A DNA stretch of 64,000 bases, taken from contig NC_068994.1 of the NCBI RefSeq assembly GCF_001194135.2, positions 20,652,269 through 20,716,268 of the forward strand. Direction: 5' to 3'. The translations under genes were made by a program, and so were the position numbers. The notes beneath the pieces are model-generated. The model saw only the letters and a list, made by a program, of their open reading frames with translations, ran no database searches and was not told where the DNA came from. Below are positions 39,545-53,112 of the stretch, one piece after another. Positions within the stretch are counted from its first letter, which is position 1. Each line of letters begins with the position of its first letter. This DNA comes from Octopus bimaculoides (taxonomy: Eukaryota).

Positions 39545-39735
39545 CCGGTGGGGTGTTAGTTGATTACATTAACCTCAGTCAATTACATTCAAATAATACT
39601 TATTTTGATCAACCCCAGAAAGGATGAAAGGAAAAGTCAACCTTGGCAGAATTTGAACTCAGAACATAAAGATGGATGAAATTCTGTTAAGAATTTCATC
39701 CAGCATGCTAAAGATTTTGCCTGCTCACTGCTTTA
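39545..39735 (-). mobile_element. Family C SINE
   Basis: aaggatgaaaggaaaagtcaaccttggcagaatttgaactcagaac. Confidence 0.8.
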
Positions 39736-40724
39736 ATACTGTGTATAATATTGAATTAAAAAAAAATATACATAAGCAATCATACTTTGAAAGTAATCAT
39801 ATTTTAAGGTGAACTTAATGAAATACCTATACGCTTGCATTTGATAACACAGTTACATGAGTATATAATAAAGAACCTCAAAGTAAAGGAATAGCCTTTC
39901 AGGGTTGTTCAAAACCATAGCCACTCTCTGTGCAGGACATGAGCCTTCTGCTGACTCCATCAATTTAGTAAAACTAAAGCTAACCCCCTATCTTTTTCAT
40001 TCACAAACTACATTCTTGCTTTCACCTGTATTTTGTAAAAAAATTTTCTCTATTTTCTTTCCACTTAGTCAGGTGTTGAAAGTGTTGCTTTGGCAATTTT
40101 AACCTTGTACAACATTGCTCATAGAGGATAATTACTTGACCTTCCTTGCTATAAAAGAAGTTAGTGAGGCAGGCAATATTACACGACCATATTTCAGAGT
40201 GATTTAGAAGCAGCTACTTAGAGCCTCGAAAGACATTTTCATCATCAGCATCATTATCATCATCACTTTAACATTCAGTTTTCCATGCTTGCATAGGTCA
40301 AACAAAATTTATTGAGGCAGATTTTCTGTAGCTGGCTCTTCCTGTTGTCTACACCCACTTGTTTCCAAGCAAGATCATATTTCTTCTGTCCTTTAAATAT
40401 GAACAGCACAATAACTGCATATGTTTTCAAAGAACATTGCTTACGAACAAACTGCTTGTATGAAGTGACAATTGCTTGCAATTGGTGCACTTAGAAATAT
40501 ATAATCATCATCATTTTAATCTTTTCTCTTTTACCTTTTACTTGTTTGAGTCATTAGACTGTGGCCATACTGGGGCACTACCTTGAAGGGTTTTAGTCAA
40601 ACAAATCGACCCCAGGACTTTTTTCTGAGCCTAGTACTTATTCTATTGGTCTCTTTTGCCAAACTGCTAGGCTACAAGAACATAAACATACCAATACTAG
40701 TTGTCAAGCAGTGGTGGGGGACAG

Positions 40725-40755
<31 letters not shown>

Positions 40756-41528
40756 NNNNNNNNNNNNNNNNNNNNNNNNNNNNNNNNNNNNNNNNNNNNN
40801 NNNNNNNNNNNNNNNNNNNNNNNNNNNNNNNNNNNNNNNNNNNNNNNNNNNNNNNNNNNNNNNNNNNNNNNNNNNNNNNNNNNNNNNNNNNNNNNNNNNN
40901 NNNNNNNNNNNNNNNNNNNNNNNNNNNNNNNNNNNNNNNNNNNNNNNNNNNNNNNNNNNNNNNNNNNNNNNNNNNNNNNNNNNNNNNNNNNNNNNNNNNN
41001 NNNNNNNNNNNNNNNNNNNNNNNNNNNNNNNNNNNNNNNNNNNNNNNNNNNNNNNNNNNNNNNNNNNNNNNNNNNNNNNNNNNNNNNNNNNNNNNNNNNN
41101 NNNNNNNNNNNNNNNNNNNNNNNNNNNNNNNNNNNNNNNNNNNNNNNNNNNNNNNNNNNNNNNNNNNNNNNNNNNNNNNNNNNNNNNNNNNNNNNNNNNN
41201 NNNNNNNNNNNNNNNNNNNNNNNNNNNNNNNNNNNNNNNNNNNNNNNNNNNNNNNNNNNNNNNNNNNNNNNNNNNNNNNNNNNNNNNNNNNNNNNNNNNN
41301 NNNNNNNNNNNNNNNNNNNNNNNNNNNNNNNNNNNNNNNNNNNNNNNNNNNNNNNNNNNNNNNNNNNNNNNNNNNNNNNNNNNNNNNNNNNNNNNNNNNN
41401 NNNNNNNNNNNNNNNNNNNNNNNNNNNNNNNNNNNNNNNNNNNNNNNNNNNNNNNNNNNNNNNNNNNNNNNNNNNNNNNNNNNNNNNNNNNNNNNNNNNN
41501 NNNNNNNNNNNNNNNNNNNNNNNNNNNN
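40756..41528. other. Largest assembly gap
   Basis: N run. Other gaps at 1910-1919, 8064-8073, 12990-13037, 26212-26282, 36104-36235, 38703-38953, 42960-43206, 52211-52786 and 57496-57521; most are bordered by microsatellites. Confidence 1.
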
Positions 41529-42060
41529 ATATATATCAATAAGAAAATGGAGGGGATTAATAGGTAGTATTCATCAACTTGCAGACATTGTATTGTGTCA
41601 ATTTACTTGTTTATTTGTTTACTAAAAGGACAATAATAACACTATGCAAACACGTGACATATTATGTCATATCAATAATTATAAAAATGACATATAGTGA
41701 CAGAAAATGGGATGATCTTACAGCTGTTTCAGTCTAGAGGTGACATGCCTCATTCTATCTTTATCACTCCAGTAGACTGAAGTAATTAATAGATGAAATA
41801 GAGGTACATGGATGATTCTCTAGGCCTCTTCAGAGATTTTATATAGTTCATAAGGTTAAGTTAAAAATATAAAAACATAAAAACCGTAAAAACCCACATA
41901 TATATGCATACTTTAATATATACATAGATATACATAAATAAACATAAATACATGTATGTACATTTAAATGTGTATACACAAATGTCCACAAATGTCCATA
42001 CATGCACATAAATGAATCAATTATTATTGTTATTATACATGAGAAGGGTGCATATATTTA

Positions 42061-42321
42061 TTAGTTCGTAAGAGTTCTAACAATAATATCCAAACTTCTA
42101 TAAACCTGTGATGAATTACTCCGTGATTGTTTTGTTTATGGAGTAGTTGGAATCTTGCTGGTAGTGGGGAGGGGTTATTTTTGTTGTTCAGTCTCTTCAT
42201 CTAATTGGTCATCTACTGTTTTAAAATGTCTTGACTTAGCTATGGTTGGGCAATCAATAACCGGTAAAATGAGTTAGGCATAAATATATATATACATATA
42301 TACATACATACATATACATTC

Positions 42322-42352
<31 letters not shown>

Positions 42353-42784
42353 CATATACGCACACACACATACACCTATATAAATGAAGTGTATATAAAT
42401 AACACAAAGACTAAACAAATTATCGGGAAGTTTATATGCGGATACAAATATCCATAAGTATATATACATACATACACATACATACATATATGCATACACG
42501 TACACGTGTGTGTGCGTAAATGTGTACATATATATATGAATGTATATATATGTATATTTATGCCTAACTCATTTTACCGGTTATTGGTTGGTTGTCCAAC
42601 CATAGCTAAGCCAAGACATTTTAAAACAATAGATGACCAATTAGATGTGGAGACTGAACAGCAAAAATAACCCCTCCCCACTACCAGCAAGATTCCAACT
42701 ACTCCATAAACAAAACAATCTCGGAGTAACTCATCAGAGGTTTATAGAAGTTTGGATATTATTGTTAGAACTCTTACGAACTAA
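42061..42784. mobile_element. Foldback element with ~230-bp inverted arms around a (TA)/(CA) spacer
   Basis: 42061-42290 is the near-identical reverse complement of 42551-42784. Confidence 0.85.
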
Positions 42785-42850
42785 TTGTATAAATTCCTCC
42801 ATTACAAACACAACTAATACGTACGTACCCCATAGGTTTTTGAGGTAAAA

Positions 42851-42881
<31 letters not shown>

Positions 42882-43364
42882 CATCATAAATTTACAGGGA
42901 TTAGCATTGAGTTGCTTCTCCAACATACTGAAAATTTAGAAATAGCAGTCAAAGAACTANNNNNNNNNNNNNNNNNNNNNNNNNNNNNNNNNNNNNNNNN
43001 NNNNNNNNNNNNNNNNNNNNNNNNNNNNNNNNNNNNNNNNNNNNNNNNNNNNNNNNNNNNNNNNNNNNNNNNNNNNNNNNNNNNNNNNNNNNNNNNNNNN
43101 NNNNNNNNNNNNNNNNNNNNNNNNNNNNNNNNNNNNNNNNNNNNNNNNNNNNNNNNNNNNNNNNNNNNNNNNNNNNNNNNNNNNNNNNNNNNNNNNNNNN
43201 NNNNNNTTTGGACATTTTTGTTAGAATTATAATGATACGAACTAATGCACCAGTCCCCCATTCCAAATGCAACTAATGCATATGTACCTATGAACATGTC
43301 TGTTTATGTATGCATGTCTGTATGTATGTATGTATGTATGTATGTATGGGTGTGTATATATATG

Positions 43365-44222
43365 TGTGTCCTCATGTATAATAATTGCTCAGACTGCTCA
43401 CAATGTATCTCCTTTGTTATTGTTTGGTTTGGATTTAAAAGTTCAGAGTGGACTAAACTTTTCATATCCCACCAAACAGATAACAGCACCTTACATGGGT
43501 GAAGACCTTCTTTAACCTGGGGTGCCAGTGTTTCTTTTTTCCCTACCCACTGTCTTTGACACTTGACATTTTTATAGAGAACCCATTTCTTGTCACCATT
43601 CACTATTCAGTCTAAAAAAGGTTCATTCGTGAGACGTGACAGCATAGAAGAGCATACATTCACTCTCTGTGTGTGATTAGACTCAGGAAGTTTGTGAGGA
43701 ACCCCTTGACCCAATTTGCTGACTTATCCGATGGCACACAAGTGTCGATGAATGGTTGAATGACCAAATCCAAGCTTCTCTGTTCGTTCCTCAACAGTTA
43801 CAATAAGATTTTGTTCCACCAGGGTTTGCAGGGCGTCCTCGTTGAGATCTGCAGATCTTCCAGGATGAGGCTTGTCTTCTAGGCTGTAGTTTCTGACCCA
43901 GAATTTCTGAAACTACCATTGGCACTGGCTTATGCTTATTGTCTGACCCCAATATACTGCATTAATATTCCTTGCACTTTACATTACATTGATGCCTTCA
44001 TTGAAAATATGCCAAATATTCTCTTTTGTCACTTTCATCACAGCTATGAAACTATAACTGTTAAAATCGAACTGCACTCCTCAAAACTTGCACTAAGAAT
44101 AAGTACAAGGTAAAATTACTACCTGCTTTTATAGCAAGTTGATGCAGGTAATTTATCCCATCCCCTCCAACTTTTAGTTCATGCAATTGAAAAAAACCAC
44201 ATTATTTGTGGGATTACCCAAT
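43365..44222 (-). pseudogene. Mariner transposase remnant with 5' TIR-like end
   Basis: FQKF...SLEDKPHPGRS, GVPHKL, IVNGDKKWVLYKN, LHPCKVLLSVWWDMK; tattgggtaatccc end at ~44222. Confidence 0.85.
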
Positions 44223-44439
44223 ATATATATAATGTGGTTTATTTATACCTCTTTTATTTTTCAAAATTAAGATAAACTGTTACTTTCTCAGATGCAGCAT
44301 GGAATTTTGTCAGTGAACAGGTTGCGGTCTCAAAGTGACGAAAATATTTTGGAAAATAAAAATTTAAATGTTGAAGTGAATCTAACGGCTTTTGTGTGTT
44401 TCTTAAATGGCTTATAAACACCTTCCGTGCTGCAATTGT

Positions 44440-44473
<34 letters not shown>

Positions 44474-44853
44474 CACACACACACACACGATGGACTTTCA
44501 TTTTCTGTCAACCAAATCTATTCGAAAGGCTTTGGTCAAGACACTTGCCTAAGGTGTCACGCAGTGGGACTGAACCCAGAACCATGTGGTTGAAAAGAAA
44601 GCTTTTTATCACACGGCCATGTCCACTTTTCCATGTTTGTTTGAGTCAGAATTTGTTCTGGCAGATTTTCTACAGCTGATACCCTCCTGTCACCAACCCT
44701 CACCTGTTCCCAAGTAAGGTAACATTTCTCCATGACCAGACATGTTTTCATGGCAGTTTGGAAATAAAGGACACTACTTACCACTGACTTGATAATGACA
44801 CTCATTTACAACAGTTATTTAATGTCAAGGCAAAGAGACAGTAACACACACAT

Positions 44854-44885
<32 letters not shown>

Positions 44886-44981
44886 CAGGGAGAATTCACG
44901 AAAAAAACAACAGACGAAGACAGGTGGTGTAGACAACAAATGGATGTATTAGTATAACACTTGCGAATAAAGAAAGTCTTT

Positions 44982-45026
<45 letters not shown>

Positions 45027-45210
45027 GTAAAAGCACCCACTACACTCTCTGAGTGGTTGGCATTAGGAAGGGCATCCAGCTGTAGAAACTCTGCCAAATT
45101 AGATTGGAGCCTGGTGTAGCCATCTGGTTGCACCAGTCCTCAGTCAAATCATCCAACCCATGCTAGCATGGAAAGCGGACGTTAAACAATGATGATGATG
45201 ATGATGATGA
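45027..45210 (+). mobile_element. RTE 3' terminus with (GAT)n tail
   Basis: aaagcacccactacactctctgagtggttggc...gcggacgttaaacaatgatgatg. Confidence 0.85.
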
Positions 45211-45214
45211 TATA

Positions 45215-45249
<35 letters not shown>

Positions 45250-46691
45250 AAAGACACACACACTCCCAATAGGTTTCTTTCAGTTTGTGTCTACCAAATC
45301 CACTCACAAGGCTTTGGTTGGCTTGGAGCTGTAGCAGAAGACACTTGCCCATGATGCCATGCAGTGAGACTGAACCTGGAACCATGTGGTTGGAAAACAA
45401 GCTTCTTACCAAGCAGTCATGCTTGGGTCTCTGTATATGTGTGTGAGTGTTTCAGGATCAGGAAAGCAGCGAAAATAACTTAAACTAGTGAAAGGATATA
45501 TACGTACACGCGTACACACTTAAAACGTTCTATATGACTTTATAGACAATTGAAAATGAAGCTACTGCAATGCGACATTAGAGACACATGCTCTGTGAAA
45601 AGTGACAGTAGCAACATGTGTAGTAGCTGAGAGAACAGAAAGAAATATAAAAACTGCAGAAAACACATCATTACCAACAACAATTAACCCAAATCTTTTC
45701 AACTTATTTTCATCGCAGTTGCAACAACATAATTGAAAAGCCCTTAGAAGTGCTGATTTCTGTTATATGGTGGTTGTGGTAGAGGAGGAGAATGAGATAG
45801 AGAGAGAGGGGGGGGGAAAGAGAGAGATGTAAGAGAAGTAAAATGTAAGTAAAGAGAGAGGAGTGAATATAAGCTGGGTTAAGGAAATGATAAAACTTGT
45901 TGAAAGAAGGAGAAAGGGACAGATACCAAGAGAAGGTTTGAGAGCAAAAGAAAGAAGAAAAGAAGTAAAAATGGAATGAAGAAAAGGATCGTAAGAGAAA
46001 CAGAAAGAAAGCTAGAAGGAAAGTGGTGATGAGAGAGATTATCTAAATAATGGTAGAAATCAACTTAGCCCCTCCTCCAAAATTGCTGGACATATGCCAA
46101 AATTTGAAACCCATGACAAATAGGTTTGCTTCAGCTGCAGTGAGTCCCACATATTTAGTGTTTATCATTGTTGATAGAAATCAGTATGTTATTGTTTAGT
46201 TTCCAGGTGAAATCTGATTGAGATGACTTTTGAACAGAGGCATTCCAACCTTTGAACGTCCCATCTGTTTAGAGTTTTATAGGATTATATTATCCAGTAT
46301 GTAATTTCTTTTTTTTTTTTTTTTTTCAAAGGGAGATTTAGGGATATTTGGCTGCTATTTCTTCTTGGTTTGAAAAATCACATACTTTTTAATGAAGGTA
46401 TAATATTGTAGATTCATAGTAGAAGAGCTGAAGATTTATTGAGATAAATGGAAATAAGGTTGTAAGACTATGTACCTACATTTCTCTAGTGAGATATTGT
46501 AACAATAATGTAAAAGTAGTAGTAGTAGTAGTAGCAGCAGGTAGCAATTTGATAGAATCCTTTGTGGTATTTGTTGCAGATCTCTGTGCTCTGACTTCAA
46601 ATCCCATCAAGGCCAATTTCACTTTTCAGTCTTTCAAGGTTGATAAATAAATTATTTGTTCAGGATGGTGGATTGGTATTTGTTAAATCAT

Positions 46692-47971
46692 CAGGGGGTG
46701 GACAAAATAATGGAAGCCCCTTAAAATTTCAAACAAATTTATTTTAATATGGGGTAGGACCACCTTTGACAGTAATTACAGCTTGAATACTACAAGGTAT
46801 GGACTCGTACAAAGTTTGAATTGTTTCCAAAGGAATTTTTGTCCATTCTTCAGCTAAAATAGTCTCCAGTTCTTGCCGTGATGATGGTGGAAGATATCGA
46901 CTCCTTACTTGTTTTTCTAAAATGCACCATAAATGTTCAATAATATTGAGATCTGGGGACTGTGGTGGCCAGATAAGATGTTCAACTTCACTAGAATGTT
47001 CCTCGTGTCATTCAGTAACAACTTTAGCTGTGTGAATTGGTTCATTATCATCCTGAAAGATTGTATTTCCCCCCCGGAAACAGTTCTGCAACTATAGTAT
47101 GAATTTGATCAGATAAAATGCTTAAATAGTCTTGAATATTAATTCTGCCATGAAGGGAAACCATTGGGCTGGCAGATTTCCATGAAATAGCCCCCACCCA
47201 GATCATCACAAATCCTCCTCCATGTTTAACTGTTGGAAGAAGGCTGTCTGGGTCAAATGATTCTTTTGGCTGTTTCCACATATATATACTCAGCTGGTGG
47301 TTGGAAAAAGGGTAAAGGATGACTTATCTGAGAAAATAACATTCTTCCACTGCTCTAGGGACCAATTCTGTAGGTTTTTACTCCACTCTAAACACTTTGC
47401 AATGTTTGTTTTTGAAAGTAGTGGTTTTCTGATTGCAGCCCTCCCATGAAATCCGGCTTTGTGCAGCTCTCGAAGAACAGTTTTTGTGGAAACTGGGTTC
47501 TCGAGGTGATTATTAAGCTCTGCAGTAATTTTGAGAGTTGTACTTTTGTGATCCTTTCTAACAATTCGTGTAATAGTCTGATGGTCCCTATCTGAAAGTT
47601 TTGGTTTTCTTCCGGAGTTTTGTTTTGACAAGGAGGTTTTTTTACTTTTTCTCAAAGGCTGTCATTACTTTTGAGACAGTACTTCTTGATACACCAAACA
47701 TTTCAGCGGTTTTCATTAGGCTAGCGCCTGCCATGCAAGCACCAACAATTTGACCTCTTTGAAAGTTCGATAGATCTGTCATTTTAATGAATTTTAATTA
47801 CCTTTTTCTGATGATATCTGAAAAGAAACAGCAATTTAAGCAAAGAATATTAAGCAACACTAATAATAAATCAAAAGACATAAAAATAAACAAGCTTTTG
47901 ATGGTTTTATAGATATTTCAAAATTATAATGTTATGATGCTAGGTGTTTCCATTATTTTGTCCAACCCCTA
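46692..47971 (-). mobile_element. Near full-length Tc1-family transposon with decayed DD34E-type transposase (~46744-47782)
   Basis: TIRs cagggggtggacaaaataatggaa and ttccattattttgtccaaccccta. Motifs MTDLSNFQRGQIVG, GRKPKLS, RKPLLS, IFSDKS, FQDDNEPIH, PDLNIIEHLW; frameshifted. Confidence 0.92.
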
Positions 47972-48957
47972 TAAGTCTAGAAGGACCCGACCAAAGACGT
48001 TAGGCTCAAGAGGTTTTTAAACAAGTGCCGAAATATTTCACTTTATCACTTTGAATGAAAGTACACTAACTAGCAGGAGAGATTGCTGCAAAAAGACTTT
48101 CAACTCCTGCGCAATGTCATTGTTTGTCTGTTTGTCTTTCTCTGTCTCTGCCTGTCTGTCTGTCTCTCATAATAGATTAACTTTTACACTGTTTTGATCA
48201 ATCCACTCTCTAATTATCATTATTTTATACTGATACATGAACTCAAAACAGCAACTAAGTATGTATATATATAAATTACTAATTTGGTTAAAATGTGTGG
48301 CCTTGTGCCAATGCTCAAAATCATAATTACTATTATATTTGTCATAATTATCATTGATAAAACAAGATCATTGTGTTCTCTAATCATGAGATAATGATTT
48401 CCTATAATTCTATGTTATAATCTTTAATTAGTAAGAGGGAGAGTTGACTAGTAGGTGATGTTTGCACCAGACGACATTTTCAGATCCTCAAAGCACCTAT
48501 TTCCTATGTCATATTGGTCACAGTGGAGTTTGACCAACACCACCACCACTATCAATTTTGCAGCCTGCCCTAAAATATCTTATTGTTCACACAAGTTATA
48601 TATATTTGTCTGAAGCAGTTATTTTAATCTTAATTCATTGTGACATTTTCTCACCCTTGTTCTTGTATTTCTGTTGTTATTGTAAATATATTAGCAGAAT
48701 AGAGTGTGATGAAATATTTAGCTAAAACTGCATTGAACTACTGTAGTGTCATATATATCTATATGTGGATACGTGTGCATTTTTTTAGGTCTTTATTCTG
48801 TCTCATTTCACTTGATTGTTAAGACTAGGTTTTAAGATTTCTGAGAAAGTTATCAGCTTCATACTGAAAAATTCTAACTCCAGTGTCATCCCTGCAGTTT
48901 TGAGATCCAGTTGTGTAATTTTGTAGGCAGGTTATGTATTAGTGAGTCTGTTTTGAT

Positions 48958-49179
48958 CAGTGGTTCTCAACCAGTGTTCATATGACCTTTGGGAGTCCAT
49001 TTAAGATTTTGTTGTTAGGCACAGATGTGGTTGTGTGGTAAGAAGCTTGCTTCTCAACCACATGGTTCCAGGTTCAGTCCCACTGCATGGCAACTTGGGC
49101 AAGTATCTTCTGCTATAACTTCGGGCCGGCCAAAGCCTTGTGAGTGAATTTGGTAGACAGAAACTGAAAGAAGCCTATC

Positions 49180-49239
<60 letters not shown>

Positions 49240-49688
49240 TTGTGTCTGTGTTTGTCCCTCATCATTGCTTGACAACCGATGTTGGTGTGTTTACGTCCCT
49301 GTAACTTAGTGGTTTTGGCAAAAGAGACCAATAGAATAAGTACTAGGCTTACAAAGAATAAGTACTGGGGTTGATTTCTTTGACTAAAGGCAGTGCTCCA
49401 GCATGGCTGCAGTCAAATGACTGAAACAAGTAAAAGAATAATAAATTATTTCTACTTCTACAATACACAAAATATTTTAATAATTATTTTTATACAATTC
49501 CTAATAATTATAAAAATTTCTACTTCTACAATACACAAAATATTTTAATAATTATTTTTATACAATTCCTAATAATTATAAAAATACAGCAGCATTTTTT
49601 TAAATATATATTGAATGGCTATGAAGGTCCAGTGGAGTAAAACAGGAATGAAAGGGGTCCATAGACAAAAAGTAGTTGAGAATCACTG
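48958..49688. mobile_element. hAT-type MITE with a nested family B SINE (~49018-49440) and an internal ~67-bp tandem duplication
   Basis: CAGTGGTTCTCAAC ... GTTGAGAATCACTG TIRs. Confidence 0.85.
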
Positions 49689-50689
49689 GTTTAACTGTAG
49701 TGGATGCTTTTAGTGTTTTTTTACTATTCTCGTACTTCAAGGTGTTGATTTGTACTGCAAAACTATAGCTTACTCCAATATGACTATATTAACTATTTCT
49801 CTGGAACTTTACCTCCTTCATCAGGAATAATTCTAAAATTGTAGATTATTATAAAAATAATACTTCTTAACAGGCCTTTAAGGGCTAGTCCATTGCATTA
49901 ACCATATGAGAGTAATTCTTTCTTGGATAGGCTACTGATATTACAGATAATATTCCCAAAATGATCTATTAAAAAAGCTGGAAGAACTGAGTCAGTGTTG
50001 AATAAAATGTTCTGCTTGTAACAGATTTGACTCCATGGTGTATGAGCAAATAATCCTATACTTTATACATGTAGTCATCTTGCCACAATGTTGTGGCTGG
50101 TATCCATATTTATTTGTTATTGAACAGTTTTCCTCTGTATCTCACCCATTTGTTTGATTTTCTTTTTCTCTTCCTTGAACTTTTCTCACTCTCACTCTTC
50201 AAGAGAAATCTATGTGACTAATCCATAATCCATTTCTCCAAATTTGGGGTTTTGTACCTTTCATAGAAAATACTATTATATTTTTAACACTTTTAAGTGA
50301 GTTTCTTTTGCACTACCTGATGCATCTCCATGTTCTTAAGCTGTATACTGTATTGTCATTTGGTGATGTATAATTGTCCTTGTATACTACATTAGTTGTG
50401 CTTTGTTGCACGAGTTTTGTTGTTACTGGTTTTATTTTAACATTTTGTCTTTGATTTGCAGAATATGAGTTATGTCAGTTGTATGTGTCAAAGTATCAGG
50501 TATTGCTTACATAAGAGCATGTATTGTTTTTTTTTCATATTGGGTAAAAGATTGCATTGAGTGTGGGTTGCTATTATTGTTATTCTGTTAGGTGTGCATT
50601 TACTCTACCAGAGCCTTTCTAAAGAAGGGTAGAGTTAGTTATAAATCTTTCTTTTCTTTATATTCTGGTTTATACAAAATGTGAGTGGG

Positions 50690-51005
50690 CATGGCAATAT
50701 GGTTTGCTTTCCAACCACATGGTTCTGGGTTCAGACCCATTGTGTGGCACCTTGACTGGCCAAAGCCTTGTGAGTAGATTTGGTAGACGGAAACTGAAAG
50801 AAATCCATTGTGTGTGTGTGTATTTTTGTGTTTGTTCCCCCTCCTACACACACACTATTTGTCAACCACTATCAGTTTGTTTACATCCCTGTAACTTTGT
50901 GGCTCAGCAAAAGAAGGGCCAACAGAATAAGTACCAGGCTTTAAAAAATGTAAGTACTGGGTTTGTTTTATTCAACTAAAACCCTTCAACTTGGTGCCCC
51001 AGCAT
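50690..51005 (+). mobile_element. Family B SINE
   Basis: Matches the family consensus. Further copies or fragments at ~11098, 40530, 44470, 45255, 51655, 52075, 56220 and 57520. Confidence 0.8.
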
Positions 51006-51029
51006 GGCTGAGCCCTAGAAACTCTGGTT

Positions 51030-51220
51030 TTGAGACTTTTATTAAAAATTTCTCCAGAAACTGTTCAGTTCTCTTTTCTATGCTATTCTTCACAACACCC
51101 ACCACTCCTGTAATGATTAAGACTACTCTTGTGTCTATATTCCACATATTTCAATCTCTAGCTGCACAAAATCAATGTCTAGCTATATTCAATATCTGCA
51201 GTTCAATGGTTAAAACAAGT
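51030..51220 (-). mobile_element. Old R4/Dong-like RLE fragment
   Basis: LEIEI then MWNIDTRVVLIITGVVGVVK across a frameshift. Confidence 0.5.
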
Positions 51221-51573
51221 AAAAGATAACAGATCAATCCTTTAACTCTTTTCATTGCATTTATCTTTTTTACAGTGTATGCATGTTTAATGATGTATTT
51301 GTTCTTTCTGAGGAATTTATAGGTGGAGTACCTATTTCTGCTAAATATTTTTGTGTTATTTTATATATAAAGTGTAACTGTTGTTTTTGTCTTGTTTTAC
51401 AAATTCTTCGTATAAGACTGCCTTGTTTTGTTTTAAGGACAAGTGTCTAGTTCCACCATTCCAGTTTTACAAATAATCTTTATGTTGTACAATGTCTCTG
51501 TCATCATTCTAAGAATACACACGCAAAGAATGTCAGCTTTTTGATGAGGTAGTCTAAATTTTGTTAAATTTTA

Positions 51574-51653
<80 letters not shown>

Positions 51654-51914
51654 TCTTTTTATTTGTTTCACTCATTAAACTGGGGCACCACTTTGAATAT
51701 TTTAGTCGAATGAATCAACCCCAGTACTTATTTTGTTGGTCTTTTTTGCCAAACTGCTAAGTTACAGGGATGTAAACACATCAACACTGGTTGTCAGACA
51801 ATGGTAGAGGACAAACACAGACACAAAGACACACACTCTTAGATATATATAGATATATATATATGCAACAAGCTTCTTTCAGTTTCCATCTACCAAATCC
51901 ACTCACAAGGCTTT

Positions 51915-52075
51915 GCTCCGTGTTTTTCTCCTTGTCTCCGTATTCTTTCTGTTGAAGAGCGTAGCTCGAAACGTCAAAGACTTTCCGTATTCCCGAGCAT
52001 CATACTAATACATCCTTTTGTTATTTACACCACCTGTCCTCATCTGTTGTTGTTTTTTCGTACATTCTCCCACCT
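51915..52075 (+). mobile_element. Penelope-like terminal fragment
   Basis: tgaagagcgtagctcgaaacgtc motif. Its downstream part recurs on the minus strand at ~44885-44985. Confidence 0.5.
51944..51980 (+). ncRNA. Minimal type I hammerhead-ribozyme-like motif with variant core
   Basis: tcttt-CTGTTGA-a-gagc(gta)gctc-GAAAC-GTC-aaaga: stem I, stem II and a palindromic ACGT stem III. Core deviates from CUGANGA. Confidence 0.4.
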
Positions 52076-52170
52076 ATAGTAGAAGATACTTGTCCAAGGT
52101 TCTGCACTATGGAACTGAACCTGGAACCGTGTGGTTGGGAAGCAAGCTTCTTACCACACAGCCACACCTG

Positions 52171-52210
<40 letters not shown>

Positions 52211-52786
52211 NNNNNNNNNNNNNNNNNNNNNNNNNNNNNNNNNNNNNNNNNNNNNNNNNNNNNNNNNNNNNNNNNNNNNNNNNNNNNNNNNNNNNNNNNN
52301 NNNNNNNNNNNNNNNNNNNNNNNNNNNNNNNNNNNNNNNNNNNNNNNNNNNNNNNNNNNNNNNNNNNNNNNNNNNNNNNNNNNNNNNNNNNNNNNNNNNN
52401 NNNNNNNNNNNNNNNNNNNNNNNNNNNNNNNNNNNNNNNNNNNNNNNNNNNNNNNNNNNNNNNNNNNNNNNNNNNNNNNNNNNNNNNNNNNNNNNNNNNN
52501 NNNNNNNNNNNNNNNNNNNNNNNNNNNNNNNNNNNNNNNNNNNNNNNNNNNNNNNNNNNNNNNNNNNNNNNNNNNNNNNNNNNNNNNNNNNNNNNNNNNN
52601 NNNNNNNNNNNNNNNNNNNNNNNNNNNNNNNNNNNNNNNNNNNNNNNNNNNNNNNNNNNNNNNNNNNNNNNNNNNNNNNNNNNNNNNNNNNNNNNNNNNN
52701 NNNNNNNNNNNNNNNNNNNNNNNNNNNNNNNNNNNNNNNNNNNNNNNNNNNNNNNNNNNNNNNNNNNNNNNNNNNNNNNNNNNNNG

Positions 52787-53112
52787 GTTTCGATTCCCAG
52801 ACCGGGCGTTGTGAGTGTTTATTGAGCGAAAACACCTAAAGCTCCATGAGGCTCTGGCAGGGGATGGTGGTGAACCCTGCTGTACTCTTTCACCACAACT
52901 TTCTCTCACTCTTACTTCCTGTTTCTGCTGTGCCTGTAATTCAAAGGGTCAGCCTTGTCACACTGTGTCACGCTGAATATCCCCGAGAACTACGTTAAGG
53001 GTACACGTGTCTGTGGAGTGCTCAGCCACTTGCACGTTAATTTCACGAGCAGGCTGTTCCGTTGATCGGATCAACTGGAACCCTCGACGTCGTAAGCGAC
53101 GGAGTGCCAACA
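52787..53112 (+). mobile_element. Family D SINE (5' end lost in a gap)
   Basis: Near-identical reverse complement of part of 4582-4968. A diverged relative lies at ~56690-56935. Confidence 0.9.

Noticed and set aside
40583-41625. 280-320 aa ORFs (also 38618-39186 and 52018-52909)
   Set aside because: Composed almost entirely of N-gap codons.
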